DNA of 64,000 bases. Origin: Alphaproteobacteria bacterium. Its GTDB lineage: Bacteria; Pseudomonadota; Alphaproteobacteria; UBA2966. Positions within the stretch are counted from its first letter, which is position 1, and each line of letters starts with the position of its first letter. The stretch covers positions 1,792,001 to 1,856,000 of the forward strand of contig OZ219856.1 in assembly GCA_964291395.2 (NCBI GenBank). Direction: 5' to 3'. The notes beneath the pieces were generated by a model that was given only the letters and a program-made list of their open reading frames with translations, was not told the origin of the DNA and ran no database searches. This document shows positions 33,135 through 43,483 of the stretch, in pieces. Position numbers and translations under genes: made by a program.

Positions 33135-33992
33135 TCATGCCCGCCACGGCGTGAGCCTTTGCTCCAGTCGAAGCATTAGATAGTTCATGGTAAAGCCGAT
33201 GATGCCAATGACGACCATACCTCCGATCACCCGCTCCGTCTCAATCAGAACCCGGGCAAGCTGAATCATGTAGCCGAGTCCCGACTGCGCCGCGATCATT
33301 TCCGCGGCGATAACGCACATCCACCCGACACCTAAGCCGATGCGCATACCGGTCAGGATGAACGGCAGCGCCGATGGAACGAGAACCTCCTTGATGAATA
33401 ACCAGCGTCCCGCACCCAGGCATTCGGCCGCCTGGAGATGGATGGTCTCTACCGAACGCATGCCCACATAGGTGTTGGTGAAGATTGGGAAAAAGGCTCC
33501 GAGAAATATGATGAACCATGCGGGTTTGTCTCCGAGGCCGAACCAGAGAATGGCAAGGGGGATCCAGGCGATGACCGAAATCGGACGCAGAAGATCCACG
33601 ATCGGCATGAAGTACTCGGCCAAGCGATCGGATCTGGCAAGGATCACGGCGATAGTCATGGAGATCGCCGACGCGATCAGGAAACCCATCGTCACGCGGA
33701 TCACGCTGGCCTGAATGTCCGCCCAAAGCACCCCAAGCTGAGCCAGATGAACGATCGCGGCAAAGACGCTGGACGGGGCTGGGAACAGGTTGATGTTGAT
33801 GAGTCCGATCCGGGAGGCGGCCTCCCAGAGAAAGACGATGCCAAAGGCCAGACCGAACTTCCGCATGCCCATGAGCGCTGCCAGCACCCACCCGACAACA
33901 AGGCGCCTCTCCATCGCGCCGGCGGGTTTGTCCGCGGGGGCTTTTTCGGCACGTTCGTCGCGCCGCGAAAGGGTCTCTCCTTTAGTCGTCAT
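33135..33992 (-). CDS. ABC transporter permease (SsuC/TauC type)
   Basis: LRPISVIAWIPLAILWFG, EAA loop, WMCVIAAEM. Confidence 0.92.
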   Translation of the reverse strand: MTTKGETLSRRDERAEKAPADKPAGAMERRLVVGWVLAALMGMRKFGLAFGIVFLWEAASRIGLININLFPAPSSVFAAIVHLAQLGVLWADIQASVIRVTMGFLIASAISMTIAVILARSDRLAEYFMPIVDLLRPISVIAWIPLAILWFGLGDKPAWFIIFLGAFFPIFTNTYVGMRSVETIHLQAAECLGAGRWLFIKEVLVPSALPFILTGMRIGLGVGWMCVIAAEMIAAQSGLGYMIQLARVLIETERVIGGMVVIGIIGFTMNYLMLRLEQRLTPWRA

Positions 33993-33998
33993 GCAAGT

Positions 33999-34784
33999 TC
34001 ATTCCTGGATCGCGCTTTGCGCTTCCACGCGCAGCAAATGCGAAAGATGCTCTCTGTATTCAAGGAAAAGCTTATCGGTGTTGCGCATTTCCGGGTCCCG
34101 TGGACGTGGTAGATCGATCTTGACGATCTCCTTGACCCGACCTGGACGAGCGGTCATCACGAGTACCTGATCGCCGAGAAAGATCGCTTCGTCTATGTTG
34201 TGGGTAATGAGGATGAAGGTTTTGTGCTCAGTCTCGCCCCAGATCCGGAGGATCTCCTCCTGCATGAGATCCCGGGTCAAGGAGTCGAGCGCGCCGAAAG
34301 GCTCATCCATGAGCACAACGTCCGGGTCAGGCGCCAATGCCCGGGCCACGCCTACCCGCTGCTTCATACCGCCCGAAATCTGATTCGGAAATTTGTTTTC
34401 AAATCCGTCCAGGCGAACCAGATCGACGTATTTCCGAACGAGTGCCCGGCGCTCCTCCACCGGCAGTCCCTTGGCCTTCAGCCCGAACTCGATATTCTGG
34501 CCAACCGTCTGCCAGGGAAACAATCCATACTCCTGAAATATGACGATGCGATCAGGGCCCGCTTTTTCGATGACCCGACCCCCGTACAGGGCCTTGCCCG
34601 CAGTCGGTTCGGTGAAGCCGCCGATGATGTGAAGCAGGGTAGTCTTGCCACATCCGGATGGGCCGATGATACAGAAGAACTCACCCCTTTCGATGTCGAA
34701 CGTTACATCATTCAACGCGACGACGCGCGAATCGGACTCACCGCCGAAAACCTTGTGGACGCCGTCTATTCGAATGGACTCCAA
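33999..34784 (-). CDS. ABC transporter ATP-binding protein (SsuB/TauB type)
   Basis: GPSGCGKT, ISGGMKQR, LMDEPFGALD. Confidence 0.95.
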   Translation of the reverse strand: MESIRIDGVHKVFGGESDSRVVALNDVTFDIERGEFFCIIGPSGCGKTTLLHIIGGFTEPTAGKALYGGRVIEKAGPDRIVIFQEYGLFPWQTVGQNIEFGLKAKGLPVEERRALVRKYVDLVRLDGFENKFPNQISGGMKQRVGVARALAPDPDVVLMDEPFGALDSLTRDLMQEEILRIWGETEHKTFILITHNIDEAIFLGDQVLVMTARPGRVKEIVKIDLPRPRDPEMRNTDKLFLEYREHLSHLLRVEAQSAIQE

Positions 34785-34983
34785 GCGCTCCTCCGTGGGG
34801 GACGCCCATATCCGTCAACCCGGCGCGGGCTCCACTTCGGGTAACCCGTCGAGTTTCGCCAAGCTTCCCGCCATCCCCGCCCAATGGCGTGGGACACATC
34901 ATTAGTCCAAGCGCGTCGGAGTTCAATATACCAGCGCGGCCCAGACCATGCCAGGGCAGGAAGCGGCTTCCCCGCTCACAGTA

Positions 34984-36192
34984 TCAAGGCACAATGTCGC
35001 GCGAGAAAGTTCGACCGGCCGGGAGTTGGCTAGGTCTCAACAATTGTCGGCTGATGATCAGCTTCTGAATTTCGGAAGTTCCACCGCCGATTCCGTCGAG
35101 TTTGGCGTCACGATAGTAACGTTCGACGTGGTTTTCCGGGTAGAACCCCGCGCCACCAAAAATCTGCGTTGCGTCGTTGGCCGAAGCCATCGTGGCCTCT
35201 CCCAGATACAATCGCGCGATCGACGCTTCCATCCGCACGGATCTTCCTTGGTCGAGTTTGGATATTGCTTCGGCCATCAGTGCCTCCGCCGCGTTCAGCC
35301 TCAGCTTCATGTCGGCCAGCTTGAATGCGATGGCTTGGTGATGAGTGATAGGACGTCCGAACTGCTCTCGGGCGGCGCCGTAAGCCAAGCAATCCTCCAG
35401 CATGTTTCGGAGGCGACCGAGTCGTCCCGCCCAGACCACGCAGCGGTCCCAATCGAGAGCTGCCATCGCAATGGTCTCGAAGGCGCGGCCCTCCCCCCCC
35501 AGGCGCTGCTCCGCCGGAACGCGGCAATCTTTCAATTCGACGTCAGCCAAAGGGGAGGTCCGAATACAGCTTTTGTCTCGGGCCGGTCCTATGCACAAAC
35601 CTATCGTGTCGCGTTCAACGATGAGCGCGGTGAACGCCCTTATGTTGGCGTTTTCAGGCGCGTCATCGTCCATACGTCCGACGACGATGAAGAAATCCGC
35701 ATCTGGTGCATTGGTGACGAAGGATTTGTTGCCGGAGATGACGTAATCGCTGCCATCACGGCGAATTGACGTCTTCATATTGGCCGCATGGGACCCAGCA
35801 TCCGGCTCTGTCAGGGCAAACGCCGAGACCATGTCACCTTTGGCCATGGCCGGCAGATACCTGGACTGCTGCTCTGGAGATCCGTAATTCACCAGGGCCA
35901 TGCCCACCATGGCGGTATGCACACCCCACGAATTGGCGATCCCCAAATCTTTGGATCCGTAGGCAAACGCATCGACGGCGAGAGCTGTGCGGAGCGCGCT
36001 TTGACCGCCACCTCCAAGGGCGTTTGGAAACGGAAGTCCCAACAATCCGTGGCCAGCCAATTCCCGCCAAAACTCTCGGGGCAGCACGGCGCGGCGGTCC
36101 CAATCCAAAATATGGGGGAGCACCCTCTCACTCGCGAATGCCGCGACGTCCTTCCAGTGCGTTCGGTCCTCGTCGGTCAGATTTGGCCACAT
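34984..36192 (-). CDS. Acyl-CoA dehydrogenase family protein
   Basis: FALTEPDAGS, GNKSFVTN, REQFGRPI, IGGGTSEIQK; likely start MWPNLT. Confidence 0.92.
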   Translation of the reverse strand: MWPNLTDEDRTHWKDVAAFASERVLPHILDWDRRAVLPREFWRELAGHGLLGLPFPNALGGGGQSALRTALAVDAFAYGSKDLGIANSWGVHTAMVGMALVNYGSPEQQSRYLPAMAKGDMVSAFALTEPDAGSHAANMKTSIRRDGSDYVISGNKSFVTNAPDADFFIVVGRMDDDAPENANIRAFTALIVERDTIGLCIGPARDKSCIRTSPLADVELKDCRVPAEQRLGGEGRAFETIAMAALDWDRCVVWAGRLGRLRNMLEDCLAYGAAREQFGRPITHHQAIAFKLADMKLRLNAAEALMAEAISKLDQGRSVRMEASIARLYLGEATMASANDATQIFGGAGFYPENHVERYYRDAKLDGIGGGTSEIQKLIISRQLLRPSQLPAGRTFSRDIVP

Positions 36193-36359
36193 GCTGTAGA
36201 ACGCTAACGACGACGCTTCGACAGAGTCAATCAACCGCCGAGGTGGCGGTGCCAATATGCCGCTGGTACGAGTGGGCTCCGCCACGTACCTTAACGAAAT
36301 CGGATAAGTGCCATCGGCGGCAAGGGCCACTTCCCCATCGTTCGGAGAAGTCGGGATCG

Positions 36360-37523
36360 ATGACAAACACTATGACCCCCCCCAATCAGTCAACGCTGCT
36401 TTTTTCGCCGATAGATCTTCGTGGCGTGACCCTCCGCAATCGGGTGATGATCTCACCAATGGCCCAATATTCGGCGAATGAGGGCGTTGCCGGCGATTGG
36501 CATGTCGTGCACCTCGGAAAATTTGCACTCGGGGGCGCGGGTCTCGTCTTTACGGAGGCGACCGCAGTTCAGGAACAAGGACGGATCACTTACGGGGATC
36601 TGGGCTTGTACAGAGATGAACACGTTGAACCCTTGCGCCGTGTGACTGCTTTCATCAAGCAGCATAGAGCGGTCCCCGGCGTACAGCTTTGGCACGCGGG
36701 ACGTAAAGCGAGCATTCGCAGGGCTTGGGAAGGGGGTGACCCCCTCGATGACACGGACGCCGCAAAGGGGGAACCGGGGTGGGAGACCGTGGGGCCCAGT
36801 GCCGTCCCGGGAGCACCGGGGGGTGTCGTTCCGAGGGCGATGTCGTTGGAAGAGATCGAACAGTTGAAGCTGGATTGGCGTGCCGCCACAAGACGCGCCC
36901 TCTCGGCAGGATTCGAGGTGGTCGAGGTGCACTGCGCCCACGGTTACCTCCTGCACCAATTCCTCTCGGCCATGAGCAATCGCCGCAACGATGTCTATGG
37001 AGGCGACCTGGAGGGTCGTATGCGGCTGCCCCTCGAAATCGTGGAAATCGTGCGCGAGGTATGGCCAGCGGATCTTCCCGTATTTGTCCGTCTCTCGGCG
37101 TCCGACGAAGGTGACCCGAGTTGGACCATGGATGAAGTGCTGGCGTTGGTATCGGAACTGAGGGCCCGCAGGGTCGACGTCATCGACTGCTCATCGGGAG
37201 GCATTGGAACGGCTGGTGTGGCAATTCGTGGCCGGCGTATACCCGGTTACCAAGTCGGTCTTGCCGAGGAAGTCAGGCGACGCGCCAATGTCATGACCGC
37301 AGGAGTGGGGTTGATCACTAGAGCCAGGCAAGCAGAAGAAATTCTGCAGAACGGACAATGCGATCTGGTGGCCATCGGCCGGGAAGCGCTGCACAACCCG
37401 AATTGGCCCGTGCATGCCGCCATCGAGTTGCAGGCTGACACAGACTTCTCATACTGGCCCGATCAATACGGCTGGTGGCTGGACTACCGGGCGCGAACTG
37501 TCGAGTCGAATGATGCCGGTTAG
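36360..37523 (+). CDS. NADH:flavin oxidoreductase (Old Yellow Enzyme, NamA-like)
   Basis: LRNRVMISPMAQYS, HAGRKAS, HCAHGYLLHQFLS, IGREALHNPNWP. Confidence 0.93.
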   Translation: MTNTMTPPNQSTLLFSPIDLRGVTLRNRVMISPMAQYSANEGVAGDWHVVHLGKFALGGAGLVFTEATAVQEQGRITYGDLGLYRDEHVEPLRRVTAFIKQHRAVPGVQLWHAGRKASIRRAWEGGDPLDDTDAAKGEPGWETVGPSAVPGAPGGVVPRAMSLEEIEQLKLDWRAATRRALSAGFEVVEVHCAHGYLLHQFLSAMSNRRNDVYGGDLEGRMRLPLEIVEIVREVWPADLPVFVRLSASDEGDPSWTMDEVLALVSELRARRVDVIDCSSGGIGTAGVAIRGRRIPGYQVGLAEEVRRRANVMTAGVGLITRARQAEEILQNGQCDLVAIGREALHNPNWPVHAAIELQADTDFSYWPDQYGWWLDYRARTVESNDAG

Positions 37524-37661
37524 TCTGAAGTTACCCAGATTTTGGAGCATCAGGCCAATGGACGGGTACGGCATTGGCCAAGAGGCTCGGCGGCCTCAGA
37601 CCGGTCCAGCGCACGTCCAGCCGCACTGCTTGGTTTGGGAGCAGTTGTTAAGACCAGGAAG

Positions 37662-38126
37662 TTACCGGCCCATTGCCAAATTTATGGCGTAGAGCGCGTA
37701 GTCGATACATTTTCCAAAATATCCTTCGTCGCGTTCCATCTCCGCCAGCTCGAATTGCTTGTTGGCCTTGGCGCCCGCCTCATCGCTCACCGGAGTCACT
37801 GACGAGTACTCGCTGATCAACCGGTTGCACTCTTCCTTGCGCCGCACCATGTCTTCCTGCTCATTCTTCCTGAACTCCTCCTCCCGCTTCAGCGCTTCTT
37901 CTGCCGCCTTCTTCCTTTCCGCTTCCTCTTTGGACGCATTGAATGCGGCGATCACTGTTTCCATTTCCGCGTCGGATTGCCTACACCGCTCAAGCGCAGC
38001 GACATCGGTAATTCCAGCCGCTTTACACGAAGCCAATCGGTCTTCCGGGCTCTCCCCACACGCAACGACCATAAAGCACAGTGCCGCAACCGATGTGATG
38101 GTGCGGTGAGAGCTCGCCTGCATCAT
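37662..38126 (-). CDS. Hypothetical lipoprotein
   Basis: Hydrophobic leader with VVA-C lipobox, charged coiled-coil, two further Cys pairs. Confidence 0.6.
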   Translation of the reverse strand: MMQASSHRTITSVAALCFMVVACGESPEDRLASCKAAGITDVAALERCRQSDAEMETVIAAFNASKEEAERKKAAEEALKREEEFRKNEQEDMVRRKEECNRLISEYSSVTPVSDEAGAKANKQFELAEMERDEGYFGKCIDYALYAINLAMGR

Positions 38127-38285
38127 TTCACGCGTCCCAGGTTCGTCAAATAGGCATGTTGAGCGTTCGTCGCGAAATATCAGGCAAGCGTTCGCGCCGC
38201 CTCAACTCTTCGGGAGCCTAGTTTGCAAAAAAACCTGCGGCACACTCAAAGGGAAAATGAGTCACCCGAATGTGCGGCAATGCGG

Positions 38286-38733
38286 CTATGCCGTCGCCAG
38301 CGGTACCAATGACAGGTTGGGATCAGCTGCCGGAATATAGCTCTCTTCTACACCCAGCTCTCGACGAACGAGGTTCGTCCCACGAACCAATGCGACCATC
38401 TTGTAGAAGGAGTGCATGCGGCTCATCGATTGTCGCCCGAAGCCGCAGTGGCTACTCAGGATCAGCCGTTCGGGCTCGATGTGCTCGAGACAGAGACGGA
38501 TAAGATCCGCGACCTGTTTGGGGGTTTCGATCTGCAGTGTCCGGTGACTGACCACGCCGACGGAGATCTTCTTATCTTTTGAGATCATCGAACCATATCG
38601 CGGGATATCCATGCCGCCGTTCGTCGCTCCCTCGAAGGTGACGACATCGACATCCAGTTGGTCGAGGTAGGGTAGAGCCTTCTCATAGGAGACATCGGCG
38701 GGAAACAGGTTCTGGGCACCGGGGCGCCCCTCT
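38286..38733 (-). pseudogene. C-terminal fragment of a cobalamin-independent methionine synthase II family protein
   Basis: LDVDVVTFE, VGVVSHRTLQIETP, LSSHCGFGRQ; the N-terminal ~60% including HxC is absent. The 5' boundary is approximate. Confidence 0.78.
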
Positions 38734-38811
38734 CGGTTCGTTGACAGGCATTCAGCACCCATCAGCTTCCGAGATTCAGTCCCGGATGGACAACCTATTG
38801 AGAGATCACAC

Positions 38812-39969
38812 CTAGCCTTCTCCTCCGTAACTCTCCAGCAGGGAACGCCCGATGATGACGTTGTGGATACCCGTAGTGCCGTCAAGGTACTTGCTCATTT
38901 TGGCACTCGCCAAGTGGCGAACTAGCGGATAATCGGTCCTGAATCCGGCGGCGCCCATCGCCTCCATGCAGGCCGAAATCCCTGTCAACGCCGCTTGCGA
39001 CGCGAATTTCTTGGCGTGCGCCGATTCGAGTATTGCCGCCTCGCCTCTGTCTAGTGCATTGGCGGCTTGGTAGGTCAGGCACCTCGCCGCCTCAAGGTTG
39101 GTGGCGACGTCGGCCAGCTCCCACTGCAGTCCCTGGAAATCGAGCACCGGTTGACGAAAGGCTTTGCGCTTCGAGGCGTAATTCAAAGCAATTCTGAGAC
39201 TTTCGGTGAGAATTCCGCAGCACTTTGCGGCTATGAAGGTCCGCGCTTTGTTGATCCCCGCCAGCGCAGCCTTGAACCCTTCGCCGGGTTTGACCAGAAG
39301 ATTCTCTTCCGGCACGCGGACCTTATCGAAGGTTACGCTGTTTGAGCCCAATGCGTGGCCTCCCATCAGCGGGAAGCTGTCACCTCGCTCGATCCCCGGG
39401 GTGGTACCTTCAACCAGGAAGGCTGCGATGCCGCGCCAGCCTGCGCTGGGATCTGTCTGGGCGTACACACAGAAGATGTTCGCGACCGGGCCATGCACGA
39501 CCCATGCTTTTTCGCCCCTGAGTTCCCACTCCGGTCCGTTCTTCTCGGCTCTCGTGACAATTGCTGCGGCGTCACTGCCAGCATGCGGTTCCGTGAGACA
39601 GAATGCGCCGATACACTCTCCCTTCAGCATCCTCGGGACGAACTTGTCGATTTGGTCGGGCGTCCCGTTTCTGACGATGCCGTTGGCAACGTTATTTTGT
39701 ACCCACAGACCCATCGCGAAGGCCATGCAACCGGAGGCGATCTCTTCGAGGATTTTTGCTGTAGCGACGTGGCTTGCGCCCATTCCACCCAAATTTGTCG
39801 GTATCATCACCGCTGTCAGCCCAAGTTCAGCGGCCATGCGATAGCTTTCTACTGGTACCCGGCGATCGTTCTCCCACTGCGCGGCCAAAGGCGCCACGTG
39901 GTTCCGCGTAAAAGTCTTCGTCTTCTCAAGCAAGCGTTGCTCTCCAGATGTTAGCTGCCGAATTTCCAT
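38812..39969 (-). CDS. Acyl-CoA dehydrogenase family protein
   Basis: FCLTEPHAGSD, GEKAWV, FQGLQWELAD, YLDGTT. Confidence 0.92.
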   Translation of the reverse strand: MEIRQLTSGEQRLLEKTKTFTRNHVAPLAAQWENDRRVPVESYRMAAELGLTAVMIPTNLGGMGASHVATAKILEEIASGCMAFAMGLWVQNNVANGIVRNGTPDQIDKFVPRMLKGECIGAFCLTEPHAGSDAAAIVTRAEKNGPEWELRGEKAWVVHGPVANIFCVYAQTDPSAGWRGIAAFLVEGTTPGIERGDSFPLMGGHALGSNSVTFDKVRVPEENLLVKPGEGFKAALAGINKARTFIAAKCCGILTESLRIALNYASKRKAFRQPVLDFQGLQWELADVATNLEAARCLTYQAANALDRGEAAILESAHAKKFASQAALTGISACMEAMGAAGFRTDYPLVRHLASAKMSKYLDGTTGIHNVIIGRSLLESYGGEG

Positions 39970-40185
39970 TCATCTCTCCATGGGATACAAGCATCCCCGT
40001 TTTCGACGTACTCAATATAGCTGTTTTGATTGAAACACCGGACTCTGAGGTACTTACTTCCCTTGTGTTCGGACTTGCCATTACTACCGTGACAAGGTGC
40101 CTGCATCGTAGTGGCAAACGCTGCAAAGAATGACGAGCTAGTCGGCGGAGGCGAGCGCGTCGACCTCGATCGCCGCGCCGGAGGC

Positions 40186-40453
40186 CGGACCGCCTTCATC
40201 GAGCCGGGTTCACCCTGGGAGAACGGCCACATCGAGAGCTTCAATGCGCGGCTACACGACGAATTCCTGAACGGCGAGGTCTTCTACACCCTGAAGGAAG
40301 CCCGGGTTCTCATCGAATCCTGGCAGCGGCACTACAACGCCGTGCACCCGCACGGTACGGCCACCGGCTCCGGAGACGATCGTCATGCCAGGCTGGCCCA
40401 AAAACCATCAATGCACCAACATTCGAACCGGACCAGTCGCCGGGGGCAGGTCA
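40186..40453 (+). mobile_element. IS3 family remnant (integrase-core C-terminus plus right end)
   Basis: TAFIEPGSPWENGHIESFNARLHDEFLNGEVFYTLKEA..WQRHYN..PH, ending in the IS3-type terminus GGGGGCAGGTCA. Confidence 0.85.
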
Positions 40454-40562
40454 GCGTCAGATTTATCTTAACCAACTGAATCATAACACAAAACGGAACG
40501 TGGCGGTGCCTACTTCATGAAATATCCAGCCTAGGCGCCGGCCCCGGGGTCAGCAGGACGCT

Positions 40563-41459
40563 CTACTGGCCGATGAGTTTCAGCGAACGGAGGACGTCGT
40601 CGATCTTCTGCTTGTGCTCCTCAGACGGCTCATGCGCCGGAATGCGCTGCGTACCGAATTTCCAACCCATGCGGTTCAGCATGTAGACCACGGCATTCGG
40701 GACCGGCTCGATGTGGATGATCCTGAACATCCTGAACATCGGCAGGCATTCCAGCCAGATGGCCTTTGCCTCCTCGTGGTCCCCGGCGTCCCAGGCCGTC
40801 TGGACGGCAACGAGGCGGTCGGGGATGACGTTGGCGGCGAAGGTGAGCACACCGGGCGAGCCCAAGGCGAAGCCAAACAGCATCTGGTCTTCGGCCCCCG
40901 GAATGACCTTGAACTTCCCCGAGAGGCGGCGCACCGCATCCGGGAACTCGTCGAAGGTGGTCTGCTTGAGGCCGACGAAGTTGGGTGTCTCGTCGGTGAT
41001 CCGGTCCATGAGGTCGACGCTCATGTTGATGCCCGCTCGCGAGGGGCAGTTGTAGAGCACCAGCGGCAGCTTGGTCTCCTTGGCGACAGCCCTGAAGTAA
41101 AGGTAGACCCCCTCCTCATCCGGCTTCGTGAAGAAGGGCTGCATCAGGAAAGCCGCATGAGCACCCACATCCTCGGCGATGTTGATCATCTCGATGGCTT
41201 GGCGCGGGTTCGGGTGCGCGACGTAGGCGGTGATGAAGACGCGATCGCCGATCTCCTCGGCGGAGATCTCGAGCAGGCGCCGGTATTCCTCTCGCGTGAT
41301 CTCCATGTACTGGCCCATGCCGGCGCACGGCTGGAGGAAGCGGATGCCGTTGTCCGCCATCCAGGAGATGTGGCGGCGGTATTCCTCCTCGTTGACCGTG
41401 TCGTCGGAGTTCCGGGGCGTCGGATTGACAACGCCGATGCCGCCCAGCTCGTAGTTCAT
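40563..41459 (-). CDS. Dihydrodipicolinate synthase/N-acetylneuraminate lyase family protein
   Basis: PTP..DTVNEE, LYNCPSRAG (Tyr) and GLKQ (Schiff-base Lys); the GxTGE motif is replaced by AGMGQ. Confidence 0.88.
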   Translation of the reverse strand: MNYELGGIGVVNPTPRNSDDTVNEEEYRRHISWMADNGIRFLQPCAGMGQYMEITREEYRRLLEISAEEIGDRVFITAYVAHPNPRQAIEMINIAEDVGAHAAFLMQPFFTKPDEEGVYLYFRAVAKETKLPLVLYNCPSRAGINMSVDLMDRITDETPNFVGLKQTTFDEFPDAVRRLSGKFKVIPGAEDQMLFGFALGSPGVLTFAANVIPDRLVAVQTAWDAGDHEEAKAIWLECLPMFRMFRIIHIEPVPNAVVYMLNRMGWKFGTQRIPAHEPSEEHKQKIDDVLRSLKLIGQ

Positions 41460-41614
41460 GGCCCGTCCTTGCCGTGGGGTTGCATTGATTGAATTGCTAC
41501 CCCCAATTCGACGTGGGGACAATCATTGATCGAAGAGATTTACGAGAGCGAAACAAGCCGCCCATGGGCCGGGTGGCATCTGCCGAACCGCCACCCGGCG
41601 TCGCATGAGACCGT

Positions 41615-42409
41615 TCAGGTCAGGAATTTCGTGAAGCCGCCGTCGACGTTCCAGCAGGCTCCGGTCACGAAGCTCGCGCGCTCAGAGGCGAGGAATGCGA
41701 CGACGCCCGCGACCTCGTCCGGCCGTCCGTAGCGCTTGATCAGGAGGAGCTGACCGGCAAGGTTGTCGAAGACCTCGTCGACGCTCTCGCCGACCGTGCC
41801 GACGAAGCTGTCCTCCGCCAAGCGTTCCCACAGTGGGGTGTGGATGAGTGCCGGGTTGACCGCGTTGACCCGGATGCCGTCGCCGGCCAAGTCCTGAGCC
41901 AAGGTCTTGGTCATCGCGAGCATCGCTGCCTTGGCGGAGTTGTAGTCCGCCATGCCGCCGAGCCCGCTGTGTCCGCTCACCGAGGCGACGTTGACGACGG
42001 AGCCGCCGCCCTGCTCGCGAATCAACGGTATCGCAGCTCTCGTCGCCCGTACCGCGCTCCAGAGATTGATGTCGTAAGTCTGCTCCCAGACCTCGTCGGA
42101 ATCCTCGATGGTCCGGCCCACCGCGGCATCGCCGGCATTGTTTACGAGAATGTCCAGACGCCCGAAGTGCGCCGCGGTGTCGTTGACGAAGCGTTCGATG
42201 TCCTCTCGCTTACTCATGTCGGCGACACATGAAAGCACCTCGCCGCCGGCCGCCTCGATCGCCGCCTTGGTCTCGTCGAGCGGCCCCTGCCGCCGCGCGC
42301 AGATCGAAACCTTGGCACCTTCCTGGGCCAACTCCATCGCGATCGCCTGGCCGAGGCCGAGGCTCGAAGCCGTCACTGCGGCAACCTTGTCATTCAATCC
42401 GAGATCCAT
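41615..42409 (-). CDS. SDR family oxidoreductase
   Basis: [33 protein letters not shown]. Confidence 0.92.
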   Translation of the reverse strand: MDLGLNDKVAAVTASSLGLGQAIAMELAQEGAKVSICARRQGPLDETKAAIEAAGGEVLSCVADMSKREDIERFVNDTAAHFGRLDILVNNAGDAAVGRTIEDSDEVWEQTYDINLWSAVRATRAAIPLIREQGGGSVVNVASVSGHSGLGGMADYNSAKAAMLAMTKTLAQDLAGDGIRVNAVNPALIHTPLWERLAEDSFVGTVGESVDEVFDNLAGQLLLIKRYGRPDEVAGVVAFLASERASFVTGACWNVDGGFTKFLT

Positions 42410-42490
42410 TGTCTCTTCCTTTCTGATCAGATGTCCGTGGGTGGTGCATCGGCGCACGCACCTGAGGCGTCTCGATATAGATCACCCCCT

Positions 42491-43483
42491 CTAGAACGCC
42501 GGGTTCAGCCGGTGCTTGGGATATTCCGCGCCGACAACGTGCTGAATGGTGATGGCGCGCACCATCTGGTAGGTCCGGATGCGAAAGGCGGGATCGCAGG
42601 ACATGCGAATGTAGGTGTCCTGCGGCTTGATGTCGTAGTCCTCGCTCAACCAGTCGATCATATTGGCACAGGCGTCGTAGACGGCATGCTCCATCGGCAG
42701 GTTGATTCCGACCGCCACGATGCTCCCGGGCTTGACGATGCGCACCGTCGGCATGCGCCTGTTCTTGATGACGGTGCAGTTCAACTGCACGGTGGCGCGC
42801 GTCTCGTCCGCGATTCCAGTGAACTCGGTGTCGCCTTGTCCACCATGGATGTCACCGATGTACAGCAGTCCGCCCTCGTGGTAGGAGTTCAGCAGGATCG
42901 TGTGTCCGGGGGCGACGTCCCGGCAGTCGATATTGCCGCCGAAGGGGCCCTGACCCAGCAGCGACGTGAAGACCTCGCGTTCCGGAGCGGTCGCCAGGGT
43001 TCCGCAGAACGGCTCCAGATCCCAGGTGAGCTTGTCCGAATACTTGCCCTTGCCGTCCCGGGTTTTGCCGCTCGGTCCGGGAAGGTGTTCGATGATCTGA
43101 ACCCTCGGCTCCGCGCACTGTCCACCCCAACGCGTCGACTCTCCGTAGGGCCCGATGCCCGGGAGGATGCCCGAGAAGCCGTAACGCCACGGGTCGATGA
43201 ACTCGAGGTTCACGGCCAGGACGTCGCCGGCCTCGCAACCTTCAACGTAGATCGGACCGACGACGGGGTTGTATTTCGGAGGCCACGCCGCGTTCAGCGC
43301 ATCGACGTGGGCATCGCCGACGAACTGATGCACCTTCGGATTGTCGCTGTCGTCCTCGATGAGGCCCGACAACGCATCGTCGGTCTCGATCTGAAACGAC
43401 TCCTCCTGCTTGACGTGAAGCACCGGCTCGTCTCGGGCATCGAATGCGTACTTGGTCACTTCGCCACGTTTGATGATCTGCAT
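42491..43483 (-). CDS. Acetamidase/formamidase family protein
   Basis: NPVVGPIYVEGCEAGDVL, GPFGGNID, GDIHGGQGDTE; start MQIIK after AAGGAG. Confidence 0.9.
   Translation of the reverse strand: MQIIKRGEVTKYAFDARDEPVLHVKQEESFQIETDDALSGLIEDDSDNPKVHQFVGDAHVDALNAAWPPKYNPVVGPIYVEGCEAGDVLAVNLEFIDPWRYGFSGILPGIGPYGESTRWGGQCAEPRVQIIEHLPGPSGKTRDGKGKYSDKLTWDLEPFCGTLATAPEREVFTSLLGQGPFGGNIDCRDVAPGHTILLNSYHEGGLLYIGDIHGGQGDTEFTGIADETRATVQLNCTVIKNRRMPTVRIVKPGSIVAVGINLPMEHAVYDACANMIDWLSEDYDIKPQDTYIRMSCDPAFRIRTYQMVRAITIQHVVGAEYPKHRLNPAF

Noticed and set aside
40538-40555. CCGGCCCCGGGGTCAGCA as a possible attR copy of the tRNA-Asn 3' end
   Set aside because: Short, gapped and GC-only similarity expected by chance; no integrase present.
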